From positions 557 to 64,556 of the forward strand of contig CAYOTK010000006.1 in NCBI GenBank assembly GCA_964406895.1: a stretch of DNA of 64,000 bases. Direction: 5' to 3'. Shown piece by piece: positions 10,443 to 19,099 of this stretch; positions within the stretch are counted from its first letter, which is position 1, and the number at the start of each line of letters is the position of its first letter. The position numbers and the translations under genes are program-made. Below the pieces are notes generated by a model. That model worked only from the letters and a program-made list of their open reading frames with translations. It was not told the origin of the DNA and ran no database searches. The stretch comes from an uncultured Candidatus Saccharibacteria bacterium. GTDB taxonomy: Bacteria; Patescibacteriota; Minisyncoccia; Phycocordibacterales; PALSA-1337.

Positions 10443-11168
10443 CTATTTCACCTTCAGCGTAGACATTATTCCAAAGAAATATTCTTCTGCTCTACTAGGA
10501 ATAATCACGCCTGCAATTTCATAAGCTTTCTTATAATCAGCATTGATTGGTGAAAATTCTGGCACAAGAGGACTTGTAATAACAACTGTTTTATTAGAAG
10601 AGATAACTAAATAATAAATATTCAAGCCGCAACCTTCAACTCCAGGAGTTACATGATATCCACTATAAGGTCCGAACTTATATGGACTGTTGGAAACATA
10701 ATCCCATTCCGGCCAACCGCTAGTCTTCAAATATTCTCGAACGCTCTGATTGACAACTTTTATTGATACCTGGAAATCATTTAGAACATTAAGCATTGGA
10801 CCACCTCCTTTCATGTCACAAAAATCATAATGTTTATAAGGCACAGAATGAGAAACAGTAACTTCGCCGTTTTCTTCTTTCAGTGTCAGGATTGATGGAT
10901 AGTCAAAAGAAAAATTACTTCCAGAATATGACTGAATTTTTGAGACTGTAGATTGAACGCCCGCAGGAATGATCTGTGCATTATTGTCTTCCTGTATTTT
11001 GTTTACAATATTTTTTGGGATTTGAGTATTTACAAAAGAATCTTCAATGACTACGTCTGATTTCATCTCCACATTTGCTTTTCTGAAATAAAATAAACCG
11101 CCTGCCAGCAAAGCAACGATGATCACTAATAAAGATACTATTACATAATTTTTTTGTGTGTTGTTCAT
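10443..11168 (-). CDS. hypothetical membrane-anchored/secreted protein (241 aa)
   Basis: Single N-terminal TM helix (VIVSLLVIIVALLAGGLFYF) then soluble domain; no recognisable motif. Confidence 0.45.
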   Translation of the reverse strand: MNNTQKNYVIVSLLVIIVALLAGGLFYFRKANVEMKSDVVIEDSFVNTQIPKNIVNKIQEDNNAQIIPAGVQSTVSKIQSYSGSNFSFDYPSILTLKEENGEVTVSHSVPYKHYDFCDMKGGGPMLNVLNDFQVSIKVVNQSVREYLKTSGWPEWDYVSNSPYKFGPYSGYHVTPGVEGCGLNIYYLVISSNKTVVITSPLVPEFSPINADYKKAYEIAGVIIPSRAEEYFFGIMSTLKVK

Positions 11169-11233
11169 GAGGTGATTATATTATAAAGGGATGAGTAAGT
11201 AAAAATGAGAAATTAGAAAATTGCAATAATAAA

Positions 11234-11257
11234 CGGGAATCTCGCCTTACAGGCGCT
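11234..11257. repeat. 24-nt direct repeat copy (cgggaatctcgccttacaggcgct), partner at 11835..11858; distal boundary of an ssrA-associated islet
   Basis: 24/24 identity with 11835..11858. Confidence 0.6.
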
Positions 11258-11459
11258 CGGAGCTATTTTTTATTGTGGACTTGGTGAGCCAAAGTTGGAA
11301 CAAACTACATCCTTGGGTTTTTGAGGCGTCTGAAATGATTACAGGGGGCAGGAGGTTTCGGAAAAAGACTTACATCTGCTTAACAGTTAGTTATCCATTA
11401 ATCACATGATGAGATTAAAACTTACATAAATGAGAAAGACCTTCCTGAGAAAGCCATTT

Positions 11460-11760
11460 GAAGGTCAGTCTCATGAAGGTCTGGTCAGTGACATGTGTTA
11501 ATGTAACTCGCGATTTCCATGGCATACTTGCTGTCCAGGCTATCGCCAACTTCACCAACACACACGTCGTTTACTCTCCGAGCCACAAACCTTTGCTGAC
11601 TCGCATCCAACTGGGCATTTTCATTAACGCCTTCCCGGAGAAAGATAACGAACATTCGTCGGCGATTCTCAGAATGCGCACAAAGATCTGCCATATTCGC
11701 AAGAAACCTATCCGCTTTCATTTTTTCAGAAGGCATTTCACCTTGGTCCTGTTGTTTCTT
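11460..11760. other. GC-enriched (~48% GC) segment with overlapping candidate ORFs on both strands (11458..11946 +, 11485..11736 -); coding strand unresolved
   Basis: Base composition clearly above the ~35% window background; neither ORF has a recognisable motif. Confidence 0.3.
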
Positions 11761-11823
11761 TGGAGGCAGGAATACCTCAAAACTACTACTAAAATGTTAG
11801 CATGTATATACATAAAAGTCAAT

Positions 11824-11842
11824 AGTGGAGATGGCGGGAATC
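11824..11842. repeat. 19-nt direct repeat of the ssrA 3' terminus (agtggagatggcgggaatc), partner at 12361..12379
   Basis: 19/19 identity to the tmRNA T-arm/acceptor 3' end; the next 16 nt instead continue into the 11234 repeat. Confidence 0.65.
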
Positions 11843-11867
11843 TCGCCTTACAGGCGCTGTACAGGTC

Positions 11868-12131
11868 TCACATTTTCGTCTCAAAACCGTTTGCATACAT
11901 ATTTATCAAAAAATCCTTCTTTTCTCTACGCCACTTCTTTATTTGATTTTCCCTTTTGCGCGCCTCACTGAAAGTTAAATATTCCTCCAAAAATACAATA
12001 CTAAATCCACCAATCTTAGTAAAAGAAGCACCTCTTTTTGAGTTGTGATCATAAAGACGCTTTTGAGGGTCGTTAGAAACACCGACATACAATCGATTAT
12101 TCATATCACGTATCATATAAACAAATGGCAT
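11868..12131 (-). CDS. stand-alone GIY-YIG nuclease family protein (UPF0213-like, 87 aa)
   Basis: FVYMIRDMNNRLYVGVSNDPQKRLYDHN ... EARKRENQIKKWRREKK matches GIY-YIG (URI) domain motifs. Confidence 0.7.
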   Translation of the reverse strand: MPFVYMIRDMNNRLYVGVSNDPQKRLYDHNSKRGASFTKIGGFSIVFLEEYLTFSEARKRENQIKKWRREKKDFLINMYANGFETKM

Positions 12132-12362
12132 ATTATTAATATAAAAAATTATGGTTTTTAAATGTTAAAACGCGCAATCAAAGATCAAAAACATATGCAA
12201 AAATGTCCTTCGACTACGCTTCGATCATATTATAAGATAATACATAGAGTTCGTGCCTCAGCTTCGCTCAGGGCACTCGCCTCTATTGCAATTCTCAATG
12301 TTCGTGGCACATGGTGGTTTACCACGAGCGAGTCCTTCGCGATTAGCGAAGGACGAGTCGAG

Positions 12363-12733
12363 TGGAGATGGCGGGAATCGAACCCGCGTGCAATCGAGAT
12401 TTGTCGGTTACTTCTACGATGATATCAAACTTTATCCGCAAAGCGGTTTAACAAATGTGCCCAAGAAAGTTTGCAAAAAGCACAATTGCGATCTCTATGT
12501 TTCGGGTCTTGGAGTGAGAAGTTCCACTACCCTACATCCAAGTTATTACGCCAACACTACAGTTAGGATCCCTGCAGAGTGACGGCACTTAAACAAGTGC
12601 GAATGCGAAGTCCTTGGCTCCGAAATACGGAGATACAGAAGATTTAGCATTTATGGTTTCTGTCAGATTTACGAGTTAACAGTGCTCGCATCGCATGACC
12701 GGAAATGTTCAATTGTCTAGACCGATCATCCCC
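12363..12733 (-). ncRNA. ssrA: tmRNA (SsrA)
   Basis: 5' GGGGATGATCGGTCTAGAC..., 3' GCGGGTTCGATTCCCGCCATCTCCA (T-arm and acceptor with G3:U70 alanine identity pair), located immediately downstream of smpB on the same strand. Candidate tag ORF GCT AAA ... CTT GTT TAA. Confidence 0.8.
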
Positions 12734-12788
12734 AAACTTTATTCAATAACCAAAATTTGGTTATTGTTTATTGGTGTTTGATTATTAT

Positions 12789-13235
12789 TTACCTGTCAAT
12801 GAACTCTCTTCTAATTTCCCTATCCACTTCTCTCTTCTTTGTGGTTTCGCGCTTGTCGAATTTCTTTTTACCACGGACAACTGCAATACTTACCTTAACT
12901 AAAGGACCCTTATTATATATTGAAATTGGCACTATTGTCAAACCCTTACTACCCTCAGCATCAGCTAGACGTCGAATTTCATCTCTAGTCAGAAGTAGGC
13001 GGCGATTTCTTCTTGGTTCATAACCTTTCGGAGTATTGTTTTCCTGATACGGTGGCAAGAATATATTCACGGCGTAAGCTTCTCCCCCACGCACGATGAC
13101 ATAGGCGCCATCTAGAGAACCTTGGCCTTTCTTTATTGATTTAACTTCGAAACCATAGAGTTCGATTCCTGCTTCGTATTTGTCGATGATTTCATAGTTA
13201 AAATTTACCTTTTTATTATCTACGAAAGTTGTCAT
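12789..13235 (-). CDS. smpB: SsrA-binding protein SmpB
   Basis: 148 aa, FNYEIIDKYEAGIELYGFEVKSIKKGQGSLDGAYV typical of SmpB; adjacent to tmRNA. Confidence 0.9.
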   Translation of the reverse strand: MTTFVDNKKVNFNYEIIDKYEAGIELYGFEVKSIKKGQGSLDGAYVIVRGGEAYAVNIFLPPYQENNTPKGYEPRRNRRLLLTRDEIRRLADAEGSKGLTIVPISIYNKGPLVKVSIAVVRGKKKFDKRETTKKREVDREIRREFIDR

Positions 13236-13302
13236 GAATTAATGCTAACATTTTTTCGCCAAAAATAAGAGCACATTTCATATTCATGAAATATGGTAAA
13301 AT

Positions 13303-13833
13303 GTGAAGATGAGTCAAAAAACAAAACCAAAAAATTACGCTTTCATAGATAGCCAAAATCTGAATCTGGGAATAAGGAAACTCGGCTGGAAATTAGACTA
13401 CAAGAAATTTAGAGTATACCTCAAAGAAAAATACAACGTTGAAAAAGCCTATATGTTTATAGGATTTGTTTCTTTAAATCAAGGACTGTATAGCCGACTG
13501 CAAGAATCTGGTTTTATTGTAAATTTTAAACCGACAATACCAGACGAAGAAGGAAAGATTAAAGGCAATGTCGATGCGGATTTGGTATTACAAGCAATGA
13601 TCGAATGGAATAATTATGACAAGGCAGTAATCATTTCAAGTGATGGTGATTTCTATTCATTAGCTCGACATTTAAATGAAAACGACAAACTCAGTGCTGT
13701 GATTAGCTCGGATATCGAAAATTGTTCGAGTTTACTCAAAAAAGTTGTAAGAGATAAAATCCAATTCATGTACGATCTTAAAAACAAACTTCAGTACATA
13801 AACGACAAACACCACTTAAGGACGAAACCTTAA
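13303..13833 (+). CDS. NYN/LabA-like (PIN-related) domain protein
   Basis: YAFIDSQNLNLGIRKLGWKLDYKKFRVYL ... resembles the NYN domain N-terminal motif (xxFIDgxNl). Confidence 0.45.
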   Translation: MKMSQKTKPKNYAFIDSQNLNLGIRKLGWKLDYKKFRVYLKEKYNVEKAYMFIGFVSLNQGLYSRLQESGFIVNFKPTIPDEEGKIKGNVDADLVLQAMIEWNNYDKAVIISSDGDFYSLARHLNENDKLSAVISSDIENCSSLLKKVVRDKIQFMYDLKNKLQYINDKHHLRTKP

Positions 13834-13883
13834 GCAGTGCTCATCTTTAGAGATACAAGACTATTTTATCAAACCACAATCAT

Positions 13884-14984
13884 TTGTCAATGCCAAATAT
13901 AAACAACAAAAATTCCTGGACACTATACTCATCGAACGAAGAAGCGTGGGCTTCTATTCTCGAAGATTGTTCGAAAGCACAGACAAGTATCGATTTGGAG
14001 CAATTCATTTTTGCCACAGATGATTTCGGACAAAAACTCATTGATGTATGTGCAGAAAGAGCGAGAAACGGCGTACAAGTCAGATTCTTGTGGGATGCGG
14101 CAGGCAGCTTCACATTCTGGGGCTCAAATATCGCAGAAGATCTGAAGTCAAAAGGCATTGAACTGCTTTTTTGGAGAACACTTATTCCTGAATATTTCCA
14201 AGTGCCAGATTTCCGTTCGTGGTATTTGCGCAACCACAGACGCACACTTGTTATCGATAATGAGATTGGCTATACAGGCAGTATTTGTGTCGATGATAGA
14301 CTCAAAAACTGGCGCGATACGAATGTTCGACTCGAAGGTCCGGTTGCAAACAAAATGCAAAAAGCCTTCAACAATATGTGGCTAAGAGCAAAAGAAAATA
14401 AAGTCAGATTCCCGAAACACAAACCAATACCGAAAACCAATGGTTTTTCTTATATCACCAATTTTCCTTTTCCCAGAAGAAGATTGCTCTACAAAACAAT
14501 CGTAGACGCTATCAGAAACGCAGATCGATACATTTATATTACAACTCCGTATTTTGTACCGACTCACAGACTATTCAAGGCGATCAAGAATGCCGCAGAG
14601 CGCGGAGTGCAAGTCATAATATTATTACCAGAGAAGACTGATCATTATTCCGTCGATCTCGGAGCTAGATCTTTCTTCAGTGCACTCATGGAATCCGGTG
14701 TCAAAATTTTCCTTTACACCGGGAATATAATTCACAGCAAATCCATAGTCATAGATGGCAAGTGGTCTACGGTCGGTTCTCTCAATCTAGACAGTGCCAG
14801 CCTGCTATACAATTTCGAGGCAAATATTGTTTCTACAGATCCTGAATTCGCCAAAGAACTAGAGTCTCATTTCATAACAGATATACAAAATTCTATCGAG
14901 GTTAGCATTACTGAATGGAAGAGTAGATTTTTCCTTGAGAAAATCCCAGAGATTCTCATAAAATTAGTAAGGAAATTCCTGTGA
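13884..14984 (+). CDS. phospholipase D / cardiolipin synthase family protein with one canonical and one degenerate HKD motif
   Basis: Second motif HSKSIVIDGKWSTVGSLNLD is canonical; first is HRRTLVIDNEIGYTGSIC (K to R, N to C). 366 aa. Confidence 0.75.
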   Translation: MSMPNINNKNSWTLYSSNEEAWASILEDCSKAQTSIDLEQFIFATDDFGQKLIDVCAERARNGVQVRFLWDAAGSFTFWGSNIAEDLKSKGIELLFWRTLIPEYFQVPDFRSWYLRNHRRTLVIDNEIGYTGSICVDDRLKNWRDTNVRLEGPVANKMQKAFNNMWLRAKENKVRFPKHKPIPKTNGFSYITNFPFPRRRLLYKTIVDAIRNADRYIYITTPYFVPTHRLFKAIKNAAERGVQVIILLPEKTDHYSVDLGARSFFSALMESGVKIFLYTGNIIHSKSIVIDGKWSTVGSLNLDSASLLYNFEANIVSTDPEFAKELESHFITDIQNSIEVSITEWKSRFFLEKIPEILIKLVRKFL

Positions 14985-15002
14985 TATATAAGCATAAAGA
15001 GG

Positions 15003-15563
15003 TTGCATTTATCGACCCTTTATGCTATAAATATGTCCTATAACCATAAGACATTGAGTAATAAAGTCAAAATCAATCATCAGATCAAAGCACCCGAACT
15101 TCGGGTCGTAACAGCCGAAGGCGAAAATCTTGGTGTTATAACGCTTTCTCAAGCTATATCAGAAGCAGAAAAACGTTCACTTGACCTTATTGAGATCTCC
15201 CCTACTGCCAATCCGCCAGTTGCGAAGATCATGGATTATGGAAAGTATTTGTACGATGAAAAGAAAAAGCAAAAGTCTACCAAGGCCAACACCCAAAGCT
15301 CTGAGCTAAAAAACATTCAAGTCAAGATCGGAACTAGTGATCATGACCTAGAATTAAAAGCCAAAAAAGCTTCAGAATGGCTATCACAGGGCAACAGAGT
15401 GAGAATTGACCTGTATTTGGTAGGACGATCCAAATTCATGGACATGAATTTCTTGAAAGAACGTCTAGAGAGAATACTCAAACTCATTACAGTTGAGCAC
15501 AAAATATCTCAAGACATACTCAAGGGACCGAAGGGATTGACTATAGTTATTCAGAAAAAGTAA
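15003..15563 (+). CDS. infC: translation initiation factor IF-3
   Basis: ELRVVTAEGENLGVITLSQAISEAEKRSLDLIEISPTANPPVAKIMDYGKYLY matches IF3 N- and C-domains. True start uncertain (possibly 15033 or a non-AUG start as in many infC genes). Confidence 0.85.
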   Translation: MHLSTLYAINMSYNHKTLSNKVKINHQIKAPELRVVTAEGENLGVITLSQAISEAEKRSLDLIEISPTANPPVAKIMDYGKYLYDEKKKQKSTKANTQSSELKNIQVKIGTSDHDLELKAKKASEWLSQGNRVRIDLYLVGRSKFMDMNFLKERLERILKLITVEHKISQDILKGPKGLTIVIQKK

Positions 15564-15572
15564 ACAAATTTT

Positions 15573-15761
15573 ATGATAAAAACAAATAAATCATACACAA
15601 AGAGATTGAAGATCACCAGAAATGGTAAGATTATGTCTCGTCACGCAGGACAAGACCACTTCAATTCTCGTGAAAGAGGTCCACAAAAATCCCGCAAAGC
15701 AGGTTATATGTCTATTCATATGGACAACAAAAGCAAGAGTCGTTTCTTGGCTAATATATAA
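15573..15761 (+). CDS. rpmI: 50S ribosomal protein L35
   Basis: MIKTNKSYTKRLKITRNGKIMSRHAGQDHF; infC-rpmI-rplT order. Confidence 0.9.
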   Translation: MIKTNKSYTKRLKITRNGKIMSRHAGQDHFNSRERGPQKSRKAGYMSIHMDNKSKSRFLANI

Positions 15762-15780
15762 AGTCTAATAATTAACTAAC

Positions 15781-16125
15781 ATGGCAAGATCAAAAAAAGC
15801 AGTACACGCACTCAAAAATCGTCGCTCTACCCTACGCGCAGCAAAGGGTTTCCGTTTCCGCAGATCAAAAACAGAAAGAGCGGCAAATGAAGCTCTCATG
15901 CACGCAGGTGTATATGCCTTCGTGCACAGAAGAGACAAGAAAGGAGACTTCCGTCGTCTATGGAATGTTCGCCTGAATGCAGCTCTTAGACCACTCGGCC
16001 TCTCATACAGCAAATTCATTGGCGCCGCAAAGAAGAAAGGCATTGCTTTGGACCGCAAATCTCTATCTCATTTGGCAGAAACAAAGCCAGAAACATTCAG
16101 AAAGATAGTCGAGGCAGTCAAATAA
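15781..16125 (+). CDS. rplT: 50S ribosomal protein L20
   Basis: MARSKKAVHALKNRRSTLRAAKGFRFRRSK ...; operon context. Confidence 0.9.
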   Translation: MARSKKAVHALKNRRSTLRAAKGFRFRRSKTERAANEALMHAGVYAFVHRRDKKGDFRRLWNVRLNAALRPLGLSYSKFIGAAKKKGIALDRKSLSHLAETKPETFRKIVEAVK

Positions 16126-16147
16126 TATTTTAAGGAAGATATTTACG

Positions 16148-16176
16148 AAAAGTCCCTTATGGGGATTTTTTGTTTA
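16148..16176 (+). terminator. rho-independent terminator of infC-rpmI-rplT
   Basis: tccc-ttat-ggga hairpin followed by TTTTTTGTTT. Confidence 0.6.
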
Positions 16177-16220
16177 TGCAATGAATTAAGCATAATCAAG
16201 AATTAAAGGTGGGCCTCCAA

Positions 16221-16380
16221 GGGCGACCGGAGCCACATACATAATTCAAGATTGAAACTGTTTGAGCGACCATAAATTTCTTAGAAAAAGCCGAACCGTG
16301 ATGACCTCGTGAGGCTTTTTCTTAGAAATTTAGGGAGCGAGTTTTTCAATCTTGAATTATGTATGTGGCTCCGGTCGCCC
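16221..16380. repeat. 160-bp element with perfect 37-bp terminal inverted repeats and nested inner palindrome
   Basis: gggcgaccggagccacatacataattcaagattgaaa (16221-16257) is exactly reverse-complemented at 16344-16380; inner 19-bp near-perfect IR aaatttcttagaaaaagcc / ggctttttcttagaaattt. Confidence 0.7.
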
Positions 16381-16391
16381 CTTCGCAAACC

Positions 16392-17762
16392 TCAAATTTC
16401 ATACTCTTCTCCACTTTCTGGTACGATGGCTTTCGTCATAAGCTCATTATTAATTCTTTGGGCCAAAAACATTTCTGATTTGGGTTCTCCCATAACCACA
16501 AAGACATTTTTCAATCTTTCTGTTGCTGTGGTCACGAATTCTACGAGATGATCACTGTCTTTGTGCGCTGAATATCCATACAGAGTCTCGATTTTTGCTT
16601 TGACAGGAATACTTTGACCATGAATGTTAACCTTCTTTGTCCCATCAGCCAGCCTTCTTCCCAGAGAACCAGCAGTCTGATAACCAACTAGCAAAATAGT
16701 ATTTCTCTCATCAGGCAGATAGTGTGCCTCATGACCAACCACCCTACCACCAACAGACATACCTGAACCGGCCAAAATAATCTTTGCACCTTTGAGCTTG
16801 TCTATATCTTGTGAATCATTCTTGGAAAAAGTAAATTCAAGGTGCGGAAAGGAAAATATATCATCGCCTTTTGCAATTTGCTCTTGAACTTTATCATTGA
16901 AAAGATGAGAGTTCTTTCTATAAACTTCGGTGGCCTTTATAGCCATTGGCGAATCTACGAATACAGGAACTCTAGGTATGCGATTTTTCTCTACCATATT
17001 GTTTAGCTCATAGAGCAGAACTTGAGTACGATCTACAGAAAATGCAGGAATAACTAGCGTGCCTCCGCGGGAAATCGTGCTCTTTACAACCTCTTCAAGT
17101 TTTTGAACTCTCGCTTCTTTCGACTCATGATTCCTGTCACCATATGTACTTTCAATAACCAAATAATCCACATCTCCAATATTTTCTGTATCTCGAAGCA
17201 ATGGTGCTGGTGAATTCCCGAGGTCACCTGAGAACAATATTTTCTTCTCAAGATTTTGCTCCATAATAGAGAACTCAAGCATTGATGAACCAAGAATATG
17301 ACCAGCATCCTTGAGGACGAGAGTCAATTCTGGACTGATTTTGATCTGCTCATGATATTGAAAAACTTTCCATTGATCAAATATTCGTGGCACATCTTGT
17401 TCAGAATACAGGGGTTCAACACCTCTTTCTTTGGCCTCAAATGCAAGCAATTGTACTGCATCTTCCAATACAATTCGTGCCAACTCTTTTGTCTGTGGAG
17501 TAGAATATATCGGACCCGAATAACCTTCTTTCACAAGTTTCGGTATACGACCAACATGATCCAAATGCGAGTGACTAATAATAAGCGCACTTATGCTAGA
17601 AATATCAAAACCAAAATCCAAATAATTCTCTTCCGAAGCAGTCCTCTCCCCTTGCACCAAGCCACAATCAATAAGAATATTGGTACCCGCCCCTGTAGTC
17701 AATAAAAAATTTGAACCCGTAACCGTGCTTACTCCTGTTAGAAATTTGATCTTCGATGACAT
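16392..17762 (-). CDS. beta-CASP family MBL-fold ribonuclease (COG1236-like RNA-processing metallo-beta-lactamase)
   Basis: ISHSHLDHVGRIPKLVKEGYSGPIYSTPQTKELARIVLEDA (HxHxDH MBL motif), beta-CASP region and C-terminal RNA-specificity domain; 456 aa. Confidence 0.7.
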   Translation of the reverse strand: MSSKIKFLTGVSTVTGSNFLLTTGAGTNILIDCGLVQGERTASEENYLDFGFDISSISALIISHSHLDHVGRIPKLVKEGYSGPIYSTPQTKELARIVLEDAVQLLAFEAKERGVEPLYSEQDVPRIFDQWKVFQYHEQIKISPELTLVLKDAGHILGSSMLEFSIMEQNLEKKILFSGDLGNSPAPLLRDTENIGDVDYLVIESTYGDRNHESKEARVQKLEEVVKSTISRGGTLVIPAFSVDRTQVLLYELNNMVEKNRIPRVPVFVDSPMAIKATEVYRKNSHLFNDKVQEQIAKGDDIFSFPHLEFTFSKNDSQDIDKLKGAKIILAGSGMSVGGRVVGHEAHYLPDERNTILLVGYQTAGSLGRRLADGTKKVNIHGQSIPVKAKIETLYGYSAHKDSDHLVEFVTTATERLKNVFVVMGEPKSEMFLAQRINNELMTKAIVPESGEEYEI

Positions 17763-17763
17763 T

Positions 17764-18147
17764 TTATTTTTTTATTTTAAGGAAAACAAAAGAACCGATA
17801 GCACCGCCAATAAAATCATTAACTAGATCTTTCAAGGTATCAATGATGTATGGATTAGACCAAAGTGGAAAACCGGAAACATCTTCTACTATTTCGAATA
17901 ATTCCCAAAGCAAACCAAAAAACATTGTTCCGAGAATGATGTTTCGGAAAAGAGTTTTATTGGACATGTTTTTCGTCCTTCTGCCCATGATAGCAATACA
18001 AAGCAACGCGATGCCAAATCCGCCTGCAATATGCATACCAACATCAAAATACTGTATGTAATACCATCCATTAAACATAGCGAATATATGAGCAACCAAT
18101 ATAAGTATAAGAACTACAAGTGCTAAAACATATCTTTTTATTATCAT
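17764..18147 (-). CDS. small 4-TM membrane protein (127 aa), function unknown
   Basis: Four hydrophobic helices; no family-specific motif recognised. Confidence 0.4.
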   Translation of the reverse strand: MIIKRYVLALVVLILILVAHIFAMFNGWYYIQYFDVGMHIAGGFGIALLCIAIMGRRTKNMSNKTLFRNIILGTMFFGLLWELFEIVEDVSGFPLWSNPYIIDTLKDLVNDFIGGAIGSFVFLKIKK

Positions 18148-18171
18148 GACTTTATTATAACTTCTAATTAT

Positions 18172-18203
18172 CCAAATAGAAAACGCCCAACTAGAAGGCG
18201 TTC
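18172..18203 (-). terminator. rho-independent terminator on minus strand, 270 nt downstream of ndk
   Basis: aacgcc-N9-ggcgtt hairpin; on the minus strand it is followed by TTTCTATTT. Confidence 0.45.
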
Positions 18204-18473
18204 TCTATTGGTTGCATGTATAACAAACCTGGTAATCCAGGTGGGTGATCTCACATCAAACACCAAGGTGCTGACGAATTTGATCTCCCGTAAAATAAAT
18301 TTTGTAGGATTTATACAATGCAACCTGTACTAATTTTAATACTCTCTCAATCAAAAACAAGTGCAGAAAAAGTTGCGACACTTTTTGGAATTTTGGGCAA
18401 CGTTGACAAGGGAAAAGGAGAGGTAATAATGAAACACCAATGATTCGACAAGCTCATCATAAATAACCAATAA

Positions 18474-19082
18474 CTATTCGAGTATTCCGTCGAGGTTTAC
18501 ATCATACAAGATTTTCTCGGCAATAATACCGTAATCAATAATTTCATTATTCTTGAACCAGTGCTTAATCTCATCCTCTGCTTCTTTCACAGAGCCAGAC
18601 GCGTGCACCAAATTCCTGACCGCTCTACCATCACCGTCACTCATACTATAAGAATCAATGACATAATCTCCTCGAATAGTACCGACGTCAGACATGAGTG
18701 GTTCAGTGCCACCTGTGATCTTCCTAACCAACTGAACAGCATGTGCACCTTGCCAAATCATGATAATAATAGGACCCGAAGTCATATATTTTTCATTATT
18801 TTTAAGTATAATCTCTGTGATTTTCAACGGATCATTATACGGGGGTTTAAGTCCTTTATCCTCGTAGCCCTTTATGGTTTTCAAGCCTGTTTTGACTCGC
18901 CATTCTGGGTCTAAAGTATAGTGCTTCATTATTTGACTCGCAGTTGGCACAAGCATTTTTAATGCAACAAGCTTTAATCCTACCCTTTCATACCTCTGAA
19001 TGATTTCTCCGATCAAACTTCTCTGAATACCATCTGGTTTTATAATAACTAGTGTACGTTCTGTCTTGGGATGCTTTTTCAT
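18474..19082 (-). CDS. ndk: nucleoside diphosphate kinase-like protein with C-terminal extension
   Basis: TLVIIKPDGIQRSLIGEIIQRYERVGLKLVALKM (NDK N-terminal fold); 202 aa, longer than the canonical ~140 aa. Confidence 0.7.
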   Translation of the reverse strand: MKKHPKTERTLVIIKPDGIQRSLIGEIIQRYERVGLKLVALKMLVPTASQIMKHYTLDPEWRVKTGLKTIKGYEDKGLKPPYNDPLKITEIILKNNEKYMTSGPIIIMIWQGAHAVQLVRKITGGTEPLMSDVGTIRGDYVIDSYSMSDGDGRAVRNLVHASGSVKEAEDEIKHWFKNNEIIDYGIIAEKILYDVNLDGILE

Positions 19083-19099
19083 ATTATTAAAATTAATTT

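Noticed and set aside
12162-12582. Six-frame ORFs 12162..12422 and 12253..12582 (86 and 109 aa)
   Set aside because: Both lie entirely within the tmRNA (ssrA) gene on the opposite strand and are artefacts of the structured RNA.
18209-18331. Possible SRP (4.5S) RNA in the ndk downstream region because of a GGUGCUG-like segment
   Set aside because: The conserved helix-8 motif (AGGUCAGGUCCGGAAGGAAGCAGCC-like) is not recognisable. Retained only as a generic structured element at low confidence.
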